32,583 nucleotides of DNA from Acidiphilium sp. CAG:727 (GCA_000437515.1 FR898416.1:1-32583); one strand, 5' to 3'; numbered from the stretch's first letter, positions 16,961 through 25,404 are shown. The notes: generated from the sequence alone by a model not told the origin. Made by a program: numbers and translations.

Positions 16961-16999
16961 ATCCTGCTCCTTAAAGAGAATACTTTGTTTCTTATAGGC

Positions 17000-17026
17000 A
17001 TACTTATAAATATGCTTTATAAGTAT
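17000..17026. promoter_or_regulatory. Perfect 11-bp inverted repeat, candidate operator in a divergent promoter region
   Basis: ATACTTATAAA (17000-17010), spacer tatgc, TTTATAAGTAT (17016-17026). It lies between the lipoprotein gene (-) and the small ORF at 17089 (+). Confidence 0.4.
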
Positions 17027-17088
17027 ACACTAATATTTGAAAATAAGCAACGAAATAACGCGCATAAAAATTAAAAAAGGAGCAAAAA

Positions 17089-17385
17089 ATGGAAAAATTC
17101 GGTCTTTTCGATATAATAGACAAGTTCAATTCGGCAAGCAAAGGCGAAAACGATTTTTCAAAGTCCGAACGGAAAACTGACAAACAGCCGACAGTCGACA
17201 ATCGGAGTTTGCTTAAAGATCCCGACGATTTCGCCCCGCCGCAATACGCCATGAACGCTAAAATGCAGGCGTTTATACGCAGGCACGACGAATTGGTCGC
17301 CGCCGTTCCGAAACCCGAAAAGAAAAAACGCGGCAGAAAAAAACAGGTCGCTGATCCGACAACAGAAAAAAGCGAAATGCGGTAA
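17089..17385 (+). CDS. Small hypothetical protein with a basic C-terminus (KKKRGRKK)
   Basis: AAAGGAG sits 7 nt before ATG 17089. The ORF is 98 aa and I recognise no family. Its stop lies in the loop of the downstream terminator. Confidence 0.45.
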   Translation: MEKFGLFDIIDKFNSASKGENDFSKSERKTDKQPTVDNRSLLKDPDDFAPPQYAMNAKMQAFIRRHDELVAAVPKPEKKKRGRKKQVADPTTEKSEMR

Positions 17386-17400
17386 CGCATTTCGCTTTTC
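17366..17400. terminator. Bidirectional terminator: rpsI on the minus strand, small ORF on the plus strand
   Basis: agcgaaatgcg (17371-17381), loop gtaa, cgcatttcgct (17386-17396). It is flanked by A5 upstream and TTT downstream, so the minus-strand reading ends in T6. Confidence 0.85.
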
Positions 17401-17418
17401 GATATTCGTCCGAAAAAA

Positions 17419-17832
17419 TTATCTCTTCGAGAACTGAGGAGCGCGACGAGCCTTTTTCAAGCCGTACTTCTTTCTTTCCTTCATTCTCGGATCTCTCGTA
17501 AGGAAACCTGCCTTTTTAAGAGCGGGACGAAGTTCGGGTTCTGCAACGACGAGCGCGCGCGCCACGCCGTGGCGGATAGCGCCTGCCTGACCCGTGAAGC
17601 CGCCGCCTACTACGTTTACGAAAACGTCGTACTTGCTTTCGGTTTCGGTCAATACGAGCGGTTGTCTGATGATAAGTTTAAGGGTATCGAGATCGCAATA
17701 TTCGTCGATACTTCTGCCGTTTATAGTGATTGCGCCCGTACCGCCGGGAATAAGTCTTACTCTCGCGATAGCGCTCTTTCTTCTACCGGTTCCCCAGTAT
17801 TGAAGTTTCTTCTTAACAGATACTTTTGCCAT
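17419..17832 (-). CDS. rpsI: 30S ribosomal protein S9
   Basis: [33 protein letters not shown], and the C-terminal [27 protein letters not shown]. Confidence 0.97.
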   Translation of the reverse strand: MAKVSVKKKLQYWGTGRRKSAIARVRLIPGGTGAITINGRSIDEYCDLDTLKLIIRQPLVLTETESKYDVFVNVVGGGFTGQAGAIRHGVARALVVAEPELRPALKKAGFLTRDPRMKERKKYGLKKARRAPQFSKR

Positions 17833-17849
17833 ATTCGTCTATCCCTCCG

Positions 17850-18284
17850 TTACTTGCCGAGTTTCAACTCGATGGGCTGTTGAGCCTGATGATTGTGTTC
17901 CGCACCTTTGTAAACGCGAAGTTTGGTAAGCATTTGTTTACCGAGACTGTTCTTCGGCAACATACCTTTTACCGCTTCGTAAACGACGAGATCGGACTTT
18001 TCAGCCATCATTCTCGTGTAAGGAACTTGTTTAAGTCCGCCGATGTAACCGGTGTGATAAGTGTAAAGTTTCTGATCGAGTTTCTTACCCGTAAGGACGA
18101 CCTTATCGCTGTTAAGAACTATAACGAAATCGCCTGTGTCGACGTTGGGAGTGAAGATGGGCTTATTTTTGCCTCTCAAAATAGAAGCAACCTGCGAAGC
18201 AAGTCTGCCGAGCGACATTCCCGAAGCATCAACGACGTACCATTTTCTATCAACGGAATTACCGTTTGCCATAAAAGTTTTCAT
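17850..18284 (-). CDS. rplM: 50S ribosomal protein L13
   Basis: [46 protein letters not shown], and [12 protein letters not shown]. Confidence 0.97.
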   Translation of the reverse strand: MKTFMANGNSVDRKWYVVDASGMSLGRLASQVASILRGKNKPIFTPNVDTGDFVIVLNSDKVVLTGKKLDQKLYTYHTGYIGGLKQVPYTRMMAEKSDLVVYEAVKGMLPKNSLGKQMLTKLRVYKGAEHNHQAQQPIELKLGK

Positions 18285-18388
18285 CGTGAATCTCCAAAAA
18301 TCTTAATTATATAATATTCGTTATATAAGTTCGGTCGCCGATCGAGGGGCTAATTCGTCTTACGCACCTTTCCTTATAATGCCCGTAT

Positions 18389-18417
18389 ATTTTATTAAAT
18401 TTATTTCGGTTTGTCAA
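18389..18417 (-). promoter_or_regulatory. Sigma-A promoter of rplM-rpsI
   Basis: The minus strand reads TTGACA (18417-18412), 17-nt spacer, TAAAAT (18394-18389). This leaves a ~100-nt leader before the rplM ATG. Confidence 0.65.
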
Positions 18418-18454
18418 GCAATTTTCCGCGTTTCGATAAAATTTTCGGATAAAA

Positions 18455-19192
18455 TTATTCGTATTCGACGGATAACAGGGTAAGTCCGCGCGCGGGCATG
18501 GTTTTCCCCGCCGCGGTTCTGTCGCCTCCGTCGATTATCTTTTTCATACTTTCGGGGCTTTCTTCGCCGATCCCGATTTTAACGAGCGTGCCGACGATTA
18601 TCCGCACCATATTATATAAAAAGCCGTTACCGCAAACCGTAAAAGTATAATCTTCGCCGCTTTTTTCGACTTTTGCAAAGTAAATTTCCCTTACCGTGTC
18701 TTTCACCGACGAATCGGCTGCCAAAAAACATCTGAAATCGTGTCTGCCCGCAAGATAGCGGCACGCCTCGTTCATTTTATTTTCGTCCAACGCAAACGGA
18801 ACGTTTACGGCGTACCTGTCTTTAAGCGGACGGATATATTCCGAAACGTAGAGCGAGTAGCGATAGGTCTTTCTCTTCGCCGAAAACCTTGCGTGAAACC
18901 CGTCTTTCGCCTCGCCGCTTTCTACGATTTTTATATCTCGCGGCAAAAACGCGTTGAGCGCGCAGGCGTATTTTTCGGGCGGGATTTTTTCGCTCGTTAT
19001 ATCGAAATGCGCGATCTGCCCTGCGGCGTGTACGCCCGAATCCGTTCTTCCGCTGCCGATAACCGAAACCTTTTCGCCCGTGAGTTTTTTGATCGCTTCT
19101 TCTATAACGCCCTGTACGGTAACGCCGTTGGGCTGAACCTGCCAGCCGCAGTAGTCCGTGCCGTCGTATTCGATTTTAAGAACTATTCTCAT
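18455..19192 (-). CDS. truA: tRNA pseudouridine(38-40) synthase TruA
   Basis: ORF 18455..19294 trimmed to ATG 19192 (MRIVLKIEYDGTDYCGWQVQPN...), with GRTDSGVHAAGQIAHFD. The start overlaps the ecfT stop (ATGA). Confidence 0.93.
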   Translation of the reverse strand: MRIVLKIEYDGTDYCGWQVQPNGVTVQGVIEEAIKKLTGEKVSVIGSGRTDSGVHAAGQIAHFDITSEKIPPEKYACALNAFLPRDIKIVESGEAKDGFHARFSAKRKTYRYSLYVSEYIRPLKDRYAVNVPFALDENKMNEACRYLAGRHDFRCFLAADSSVKDTVREIYFAKVEKSGEDYTFTVCGNGFLYNMVRIIVGTLVKIGIGEESPESMKKIIDGGDRTAAGKTMPARGLTLLSVEYE

Positions 19193-20019
19193 ACGAATAA
19201 CCCCGTGAACAACCCGAAAAAGTAAGGGTCGTTGAAAAGTATTACGGCGGTCATGAACGCAGCGACAAACAACGCCGCTATCGGATCTCTCCAACCGAGT
19301 TTAAGTTTTTTGTATTTTACCCTGTTTTTGCTGCCGGAGTAACAACGCGCTTCCATAGCGTCGCCGAGTTCGTCGGCTCTTCTGAACGCGCTTACGAGCA
19401 GCGGTATAAGCACGGGCACGAGCGACTTTATTCTCGAAAAGACGTTGCCGCTTTCGAAGTCCGCGCCCCTTGCTTTCTGGGCGTTCATTATTCTATCCGT
19501 TTCGCTTGCGAGAGTCGGGATAAACCTGAGCGCGATAGACATTATAAGCGCAAGTTCGTGTACGGGGAATTTTACCCACGACAGCGGTTTTAATAAACTT
19601 TCTATTCCGTCGGTAAGGCTGACGGGAGTCGTCGTAAGCGTAAGTATCGAACTGCCCGCAACGAGCGTTATAAGCCTCGTCGCGAGAAACGCCGCGTTTA
19701 TAAGCCCTTCTTTCGTAACTACCCAGAAATAGACGGTATCGCCGGGCTTCGCGTCGTAAAACAAGACGTTGAGTACGGCGGTAAAAATCACGAGAAAAAT
19801 CACCGCTTTAAGGCTTTTGAGTACCGCCGTTACCGGTACGCCCGAAAACGCCACCGCAAGGCACAAAAAGAGTACGCAAAAGCCCAGCGTAAGAAAATTC
19901 TTCGCCAGAAAAATCATTACGATATAGGCAATGAGCAGCAGAAGTTTTACCCGCGGGTCGAGTCTGTGTATGAAAGACTTCGTAGGGTAATACCTGCCGA
20001 AAGACACGTCGCTTAACAT
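19189..20019 (-). CDS. ecfT: ECF transporter transmembrane (T) component
   Basis: Polytopic membrane protein with the conserved ...AQKARGADFESG... motif. It follows two ecfA genes. Confidence 0.9.
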   Translation of the reverse strand: MLSDVSFGRYYPTKSFIHRLDPRVKLLLLIAYIVMIFLAKNFLTLGFCVLFLCLAVAFSGVPVTAVLKSLKAVIFLVIFTAVLNVLFYDAKPGDTVYFWVVTKEGLINAAFLATRLITLVAGSSILTLTTTPVSLTDGIESLLKPLSWVKFPVHELALIMSIALRFIPTLASETDRIMNAQKARGADFESGNVFSRIKSLVPVLIPLLVSAFRRADELGDAMEARCYSGSKNRVKYKKLKLGWRDPIAALFVAAFMTAVILFNDPYFFGLFTGLFV

Positions 20020-20023
20020 TCGT

Positions 20024-20902
20024 TTACCGTCTTATAACCCCGTTTTTATACTCTTTTACGGCTTTTACGAAACCGTCTTCGTCGTAAGATGCAAGGTTTA
20101 ATTCAACCCCGCTTTTTTTAAGTTCTTCCGCTATGTACGCGGTCAGCGGCAAGCCGAGCCTTAATTCGTTCAATTCTTCCCCGCAGGAAAAAATCTCTTT
20201 GACGCTTCCGCATTTCACTATTTCTCCGCCTGAAAAAACCGCCGCTTTATTACAGTTTTCGGCGACCTCGTCCATATCGTGCGAAACGATTATTATCGTC
20301 TTGCACGTGGTGTTTTTAAGGTTTTGCAAAAGCCGCATAAGATCGCGTTTACCGCGCGGATCGAGCCCCGCCACGGGTTCGTCGAGAACGAGAATTTCGG
20401 GCGAAGTTACTATAACGCCGGCGATAGCCACTCTTCGTTTCTGCCCGCCGGACAACTCGAACGGCGATACGTTTTTCAGCGAAAGGTCGATACCCACCAG
20501 CGTGAGCGCGCGATCTACCGCCGCGTTTATTTCGTCTTCTTTGGCGTTCGGGAAAAAGTTTTTATACCCGAAAGCCACGTCCTGCCCGACCGTTTCGGCA
20601 AACAGTTGATATTCGGGGTACTGAAAGACCATACCCACCTTGGAGCGAAGGTTTTTAAGCAATTTTTTATCCGTCTTTTTGCCGCCGACCATAACCGTAT
20701 CGCCGACGGTCAGAGTTCCGCTCTGCAACGGCAGAAGCGCGTTAAGGTGCTGCACGAACGTGCTTTTACCGCTGCCGGTATGCCCGATTATCCCGAAAAA
20801 ATCGCCTTCTTCGATCGTAAGAGAAACGTTTTTCAAAGCGTCCGAACGGAACGCCGTTTTTTTGTTGTAAGAGAAACTTATATTTTCGGCAACGATTCGC
20901 AT
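20024..20902 (-). CDS. ecfA2: ECF transporter ATPase EcfA2
   Basis: Walker A GHTGSGKST, signature LSGGQKRRVAIAG, Walker B ILVLDEP. Its position is second in the ecfA1-ecfA2-ecfT order. Confidence 0.9.
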   Translation of the reverse strand: MRIVAENISFSYNKKTAFRSDALKNVSLTIEEGDFFGIIGHTGSGKSTFVQHLNALLPLQSGTLTVGDTVMVGGKKTDKKLLKNLRSKVGMVFQYPEYQLFAETVGQDVAFGYKNFFPNAKEDEINAAVDRALTLVGIDLSLKNVSPFELSGGQKRRVAIAGVIVTSPEILVLDEPVAGLDPRGKRDLMRLLQNLKNTTCKTIIIVSHDMDEVAENCNKAAVFSGGEIVKCGSVKEIFSCGEELNELRLGLPLTAYIAEELKKSGVELNLASYDEDGFVKAVKEYKNGVIRR

Positions 20903-21726
20903 AACTTTGTCGCAAGTTCCTCCTTTGTCAGAATTTGCCCGTCGAGTTCAATTCCCGCCGCCCTTAATTTTTCGGCGAGAGAAGCCGCCCTCGGCAATTC
21001 GAGTCCGCACTCGCGTATCTCGTCTTTTTTTGCGAAAATTCCGGCGGACGTACCCTGCATGGCGATTTTGCCGCCGTGAAGCACGAAAATTCTGTCGGAA
21101 TTTACCGCTTCGTCCATATAATGAGTGATATTTATAACCGTAAGACCGTGATTTTTATTAAGGTCTTTAACGACGGACATAACTTCGTTTCTGCCCTTTG
21201 GGTCAAGCATGGAAGTCGCTTCGTCGAGTATTAAAATTTCGGGGTCGATGGCGAGCGCGCCCGCAATAGCCACCCTTTGTTTCTGTCCGCCCGACAATCT
21301 CGCGACTTCAACGTTGCGATATTTTTCCATATCGGTAACTTTAAGCACGTAATCTATTCTCTCGCCCGTCTTTTCTCTCGGCATTCCGATATTTTCGGGG
21401 CCGAAAGCAATATCGTCTTCGACTATCGAAGCGACCTGCTGGTTATCCGGGTTCTGAAAGACGGTGCCGACGCGTTTTCTTATATCGAAAAGCGTTTTTT
21501 TATCGGCGGTATTCATTCCGAACACTTCGACCTTGCCTTCCACGGGCTGCAAAAGCCCGTTGATAAGCCGCGACAGCGTAGATTTACCGCTGCCGTTAGA
21601 CCCGATAAGCGACACGAACTCGCCCTTTTCGATAGCGAGCGACAATCCGCAAAGCACCTTGCGAACGGGCTCGCCCTCCCTTTGAGGGTACGCGAAAGAT
21701 AAGTTTTCGATATTAACCGCATTCAT
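20878..21726 (-). CDS. ecfA1: ECF transporter ATPase EcfA1
   Basis: ORF 20878..21804 trimmed to ATG 21726 (MNAVNIENLSFAYP...). GSNGSGKST, LSGGQKQRVAIAGALA, ILILDEATSMLDP. The longer ORF start would run into the upstream terminator. Confidence 0.9.
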   Translation of the reverse strand: MNAVNIENLSFAYPQREGEPVRKVLCGLSLAIEKGEFVSLIGSNGSGKSTLSRLINGLLQPVEGKVEVFGMNTADKKTLFDIRKRVGTVFQNPDNQQVASIVEDDIAFGPENIGMPREKTGERIDYVLKVTDMEKYRNVEVARLSGGQKQRVAIAGALAIDPEILILDEATSMLDPKGRNEVMSVVKDLNKNHGLTVINITHYMDEAVNSDRIFVLHGGKIAMQGTSAGIFAKKDEIRECGLELPRAASLAEKLRAAGIELDGQILTKEELATKLCESLPKI

Positions 21727-21733
21727 ACCGATT

Positions 21734-21762
21734 ATTCTACCACAAAAGCCCTTTTTTAACAA
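21734..21762 (-). promoter_or_regulatory. Putative extended -10 promoter of the ecf-truA operon; the ATG is only 7 nt downstream
   Basis: The minus strand reads TTGTTA (21762-21757), 17-nt spacer, TGgTAGAAT (-10 at 21739-21734), then aatcggt-ATG (21726). There is no SD. Confidence 0.45.
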
Positions 21763-21780
21763 GCAAATAAAAAGACTATT

Positions 21781-21818
21781 AAAAAAACGCCTTATTTTCT
21801 GCAAAATAAGGCGTTTTT
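21781..21818 (-). terminator. Rho-independent terminator ending the toxin/propeller block
   Basis: aacgccttatttt (21786-21798), loop ctgc, aaaataaggcgtt (21803-21815). On the minus strand it is followed by T7 (A-run 21781-21787 on +). It lies just downstream of the stop at 21823. Confidence 0.88.
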
Positions 21819-21822
21819 ATAT

Positions 21823-22788
21823 TTATTGATTTTTAATTTCTTCGTCTTTGTCGAATACTAAAATTCTGCTTTTGACCTTATTCGGTATAGGGCGACGTTT
21901 TTTATCCAACTCTTCGTATTTGTCGAGCGCTAAAAATTTATATTTTTCACTCTCTGCGTAGCAGGCAATCCGTTCGCCCGCTCCGCACGTATATACCGTT
22001 TCTACGGTCTTGAAATCTTTAGTTACCCGAATTATCTCAACGTCAAAGAGATCCCAGAAATAAATAAATTTTTCGCTCTCATACATGTTCCAATATGCCT
22101 TACCCAGCATATTGACATAATTTATAATATCATTTTCGTTGACTCTGTAAATACGCTTTCCGGGAACGTGTAAATAATTACCTTTTCCTGCAATATGAGA
22201 GAGCAGTTCATTACTTTGAAATATTTTTTCAATAAGATTCAATTTACCGTCTTCAAGATTGTACCGACCATAAATGGTATAAGACGTTTTATGAGAGTTG
22301 TCTGCCGGTTCAAAACAGGACTCAAACAAATAAATATCCCCGCCCGAACACCTGTGTAAAGAATAAAACCGCCTGTGATTATCGTCAATATTGCAGCCGT
22401 AATTATAGTTTGTTATTTCTCTGTTCTTCACGTCTATCACGGCAAGCGAATTGCCCCACAACGAAGACGAACTACCCATAACGTAGATTTTCTCTTCAAT
22501 ATCGTCGTAACAAACGTTTCCATCAATAACGTGATACTTAAATCTTTTAACGATCGAATAATCGTTTATATTCAAAAGCCAACACTCGTCATTGTTTGTT
22601 TCGAGAAATAATAAACCGTATTTATGAATGAACAACATATTGCCGGCATACCTGAAGCCTTTTATCTGAGTTTGTACCGTAGCGGAGTTCATATCTATCA
22701 CACTCGTTCTATGCCCTATCGAATACAATTTCTGCGATTCTTCGTCTATACACATAAAATACGGCGCGCCGATTTTTATAGTTTTCAT
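21823..22788 (-). CDS. Predicted cytoplasmic 7-bladed beta-propeller-like protein, paralog A (candidate immunity protein)
   Basis: ORF 21823..22803 trimmed to ATG 22788, preceded by GGAGA. There is no signal peptide. It is strongly similar to the 23784..24773 product; the N-terminal ~105 aa are roughly 60% identical by eye (e.g. GAPY.M..D...QKLY..G.RT.VID.N; LFIHK.G..FL.TNNDECWLLNI.DYS.V.RFKY). Hydrophobic strand motifs recur at a ~45-aa period. Confidence 0.7.
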   Translation of the reverse strand: MKTIKIGAPYFMCIDEESQKLYSIGHRTSVIDMNSATVQTQIKGFRYAGNMLFIHKYGLLFLETNNDECWLLNINDYSIVKRFKYHVIDGNVCYDDIEEKIYVMGSSSSLWGNSLAVIDVKNREITNYNYGCNIDDNHRRFYSLHRCSGGDIYLFESCFEPADNSHKTSYTIYGRYNLEDGKLNLIEKIFQSNELLSHIAGKGNYLHVPGKRIYRVNENDIINYVNMLGKAYWNMYESEKFIYFWDLFDVEIIRVTKDFKTVETVYTCGAGERIACYAESEKYKFLALDKYEELDKKRRPIPNKVKSRILVFDKDEEIKNQ

Positions 22789-22799
22789 ATTATCTCCGT

Positions 22800-23708
22800 T
22801 CAATCGTTAAAATCGTAATCGGTTAAATCTTCGCTCGATTTCGCTACCACAAGCCTGTCCCATGAGCCTATATATCTGTTACCGTCGAATTCGCAATAAT
22901 CGTCGAGATAGGGCATAACGGCAATTTCACGCTTTTCTTGAAAATCGTTTGAAAATTCATACACGGCTCGACCCGTTCCGATAACAAATCGATCGCCGTA
23001 TTTCTTGACAAATTTAATATATTCCTTCTTGAAAAGACTTTTCCCCTTAATTACCGTATCGCCGTACAAAATCGCTCCGGCATCACAAAATCCGCCGTCA
23101 AAACCTTCAACACCGAGAACGAACACACCGTTCCACTTTTTGATAACTTCTTTATTGATAAGTTTACCGTCAACGAAAGAATACCTGCCGTAAACGGTTT
23201 CATCCGTCAACTTCTTTCGTTTACCCTTTTTAGTAACGCAAAAACTTTCGATAAGATAAAAATCTTCTCCTTCAAATCTCATCAATTCGTAATCGGTACG
23301 GGCTATCATTTCGTCATAACGTGTTTCGAAAGCAAATCTTTTAACAGAAAAAGTTTGTAATTCAATAACCGCAACCACTTCTTTTTTATAATCGTATCCC
23401 CATACGCAAATCTCGTTTTTAGTTCCGTTTATTACTATACGACCGTCTTTTACTCCGGTTTTAACAGAAGCGACGAGTGCAAAATCTTTGAGATTGAATA
23501 CTTTTAAGTCGCCTACCGTATTTAACGCGTAAAGTTTATCGCCCGGATAATCTATACTTGCGTAAGAAAGATAACTGAACCCGCCTATACGCGTAATCTT
23601 ACGCATGGTTTTCAAATCGAAAACGTGAATCGATACCCCTACGCACAACAAGCGTGAATATTTTTCGTCTATCAATATCTGATAAACTCTCATTTTCAAG
23701 TTCTTCAT
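22800..23708 (-). CDS. Predicted beta-propeller-like protein, divergent paralog B (candidate immunity protein)
   Basis: 302 aa, no signal peptide. It shares blade-like motifs with A and C (KLYALNTVGDLKVFNLKDF; ETVYGRYSFVDGKLINKE versus TIYGRYNLEDGKLNLIE). It lies 11 nt upstream of paralog A. Confidence 0.65.
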   Translation of the reverse strand: MKNLKMRVYQILIDEKYSRLLCVGVSIHVFDLKTMRKITRIGGFSYLSYASIDYPGDKLYALNTVGDLKVFNLKDFALVASVKTGVKDGRIVINGTKNEICVWGYDYKKEVVAVIELQTFSVKRFAFETRYDEMIARTDYELMRFEGEDFYLIESFCVTKKGKRKKLTDETVYGRYSFVDGKLINKEVIKKWNGVFVLGVEGFDGGFCDAGAILYGDTVIKGKSLFKKEYIKFVKKYGDRFVIGTGRAVYEFSNDFQEKREIAVMPYLDDYCEFDGNRYIGSWDRLVVAKSSEDLTDYDFND

Positions 23709-23783
23709 GTCATTTACGCCGTATAATTAACTATTGATATAATGATTTTCTGTGTTTTTAACATATTCAAAACCTTAGTTTCA

Positions 23784-24773
23784 TTACCGCCCTTTCATGC
23801 ATATTGCGGAAGATTTCATCTCTTCGTTTTTATCAAAAACCATTATTCTGCTTTTGGTAACGTTATACTGCAACACTCCGCGTTCGTTATACTCGTCGCA
23901 TTTGGAAACTGCGACAAACCTGTATTTTTCGCTTTCCGCATAAGACGTCACTTTTTCTCCGAATCCTTTCGTGAAAACCGTTTCAACGCTGTCGAAATCG
24001 ACGGTGGTACGAATTATTTTATCGCTGAACCATTCCCAAAAATAAATATATTTATCCGAAATAAAAAATCTAAAATACAATTCTCCGATTTTAGCGCCGT
24101 AATCTATAACGTCGTTTTCTTTAACTCTATACATAAATCCTTTTATCGGACTTAACATATAATCGTCGTTCCCTTTCGCAAATACGATATCTTCGTTGCC
24201 GGTATATATAGTGTCGATAAGCTGTAATCCGTCTTTAGATAACCGATATTTGCCGTAAATCGTTTCTACGTTTTCGGTCGACGTCGGAAGTATGTCGTAA
24301 GAGCAATTTAGCAGATACAAATCTTCGCCCGCGCACTTATGTGGCGAATAAAAGGATAACCTTCGCCTTTTTTCGTCTATAATACGCGGAAAACAATAAT
24401 TTTCGATGGTCAACGTCTTCAAATCTATAACAGACACTCCGTTATCGATCCCTATCGTACCGAAAACGTAAATTTTATCCGAGACTTCATCAAAACACAC
24501 GTAAGGATCTAAAATACGATACTTAAATCTGTGTACCACGGAATAATCGTCGATATTCAACAACCAACACTCGTCGTTGTTGGTCGCAAGAAATATCCAC
24601 CCGAATTTATGGATAAACAAAATTTTTATAATATATCTGAACCCCGTAAGCCTTTTGCAGATCGTCAACGTATTAAGATCAATCACGTTTGTTCTCGTAC
24701 CGACGGCATATAATTTTTGATTTATCCGGTCTACGTACATAGAATATGGCGCGCCCGCCACAATATCTTTCAT
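23784..24773 (-). CDS. Predicted beta-propeller-like protein, paralog C (candidate cognate immunity protein)
   Basis: ATG 24773 sits 1 nt after the stop of the nuclease ORF (TAAgATG), and a G-rich SD lies inside the toxin 3' end. 329 aa, no signal peptide. About 7 blade-like segments are visible (e.g. KLYAVGTRTNVIDLNTLT; KIYVFGTIGIDNGVSVIDLKTLT; SRIMVFDKN). Confidence 0.7.
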   Translation of the reverse strand: MKDIVAGAPYSMYVDRINQKLYAVGTRTNVIDLNTLTICKRLTGFRYIIKILFIHKFGWIFLATNNDECWLLNIDDYSVVHRFKYRILDPYVCFDEVSDKIYVFGTIGIDNGVSVIDLKTLTIENYCFPRIIDEKRRRLSFYSPHKCAGEDLYLLNCSYDILPTSTENVETIYGKYRLSKDGLQLIDTIYTGNEDIVFAKGNDDYMLSPIKGFMYRVKENDVIDYGAKIGELYFRFFISDKYIYFWEWFSDKIIRTTVDFDSVETVFTKGFGEKVTSYAESEKYRFVAVSKCDEYNERGVLQYNVTKSRIMVFDKNEEMKSSAICMKGR

Positions 24774-24774
24774 C

Positions 24775-25377
24775 TTAAGCCCCCGTATTTATTACCGTTA
24801 AAATAATTTTTAACGAAGCCAGCACTCGAAAAATTTTTGTTTCATTACCGCTTGCAGGTTCTAAGCACATATTAACTGCCTTAAAGTAATCCTTGTTGTG
24901 CAACCCCTGGTGAAAACGCTCCTTAACTGCTACGAGATTTCTTTCATCCGTCCATACATTCATATATTTCTCCACAATCTCACGCGCCCTATTTGCTCGC
25001 GAATCTACTTTCGCAATAATATGATGAATGTTTGGTTTCGCCGATTTACTTTTTCTTCTCCAAATACTAAGCACGCCACTTTTACAAGCCTTAAAAAACT
25101 CCTGTATACTTCTACGTATTTCTTGTATTGCCGTTTTTAGCGCCGGGTAACACAAAATAATAAATGCAATACATAATACAGCGGAAGCGGCAATAATTGC
25201 TTTTACGCCGATTGCAATACCGCCGATAACGACCACCGCAATGCGGCCGTCGGGGTCGTAGTATTTTACGGGGTTGTTGTTCGCATAGGCGAAAAGGTTA
25301 TAAAAGCAATAAATCGTTTCATTAAGATACCGCCTTATAGTGATATGGTTTATTTTACCATATACCGTATCTCTTAT
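24775..25377 (-). pseudogene. Orphan polymorphic-toxin C-terminal cassette: RHS/YD core-end remnant + hydrophobic linker + xHH (AHH-like) HNH/EndoVII nuclease domain
   Basis: The ORF track calls 24775..25236 (GTG start). The frame stays open upstream to the stop at 25378-25380 and reads IRDTVYGKINHITIRRYLNETIYCFYNLFAYANNNPVKYYDPDGRIAVVVIGG... NLFAYANNNPVKYYDPDGR matches the conserved RHS core terminus (LYAYxxNNPVxxxDPxG). There is no ATG and no SD in this extension. The C-terminal part, NIHHIIAKVDSRANRAREIV...NVWTDERNLVAVKERFHQGLHNKDYFKAV, fits the xHH...N...H..H..Y pattern of AHH/LHH-type nuclease toxins. Confidence 0.65.
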
Positions 25378-25404
25378 TCAAGCGATTATCAAAAATTTTT
25401 ACAT

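Noticed and set aside
18285-18388. Possible L13 ribosomal-protein leader RNA upstream of rplM
   Set aside because: A ~100-nt leader exists, but I could not recognise a conserved structure by eye. It would need cmsearch with the Rfam L13_leader model, so I have not called it as a feature.
18455-19294. Longer N-terminal extensions offered by the ORF track for truA (to 19294), ecfA1 (to 21804), the DUF285 protein (to 2061), the zinc-ribbon protein (to 10783), the membrane protein (from 6090) and recX (from 4676)
   Set aside because: The extensions overlap upstream genes or terminators and lack an SD. The internal ATGs give canonical family N-termini, mostly with an SD or translational coupling; ecfA1 is the exception, with no SD.
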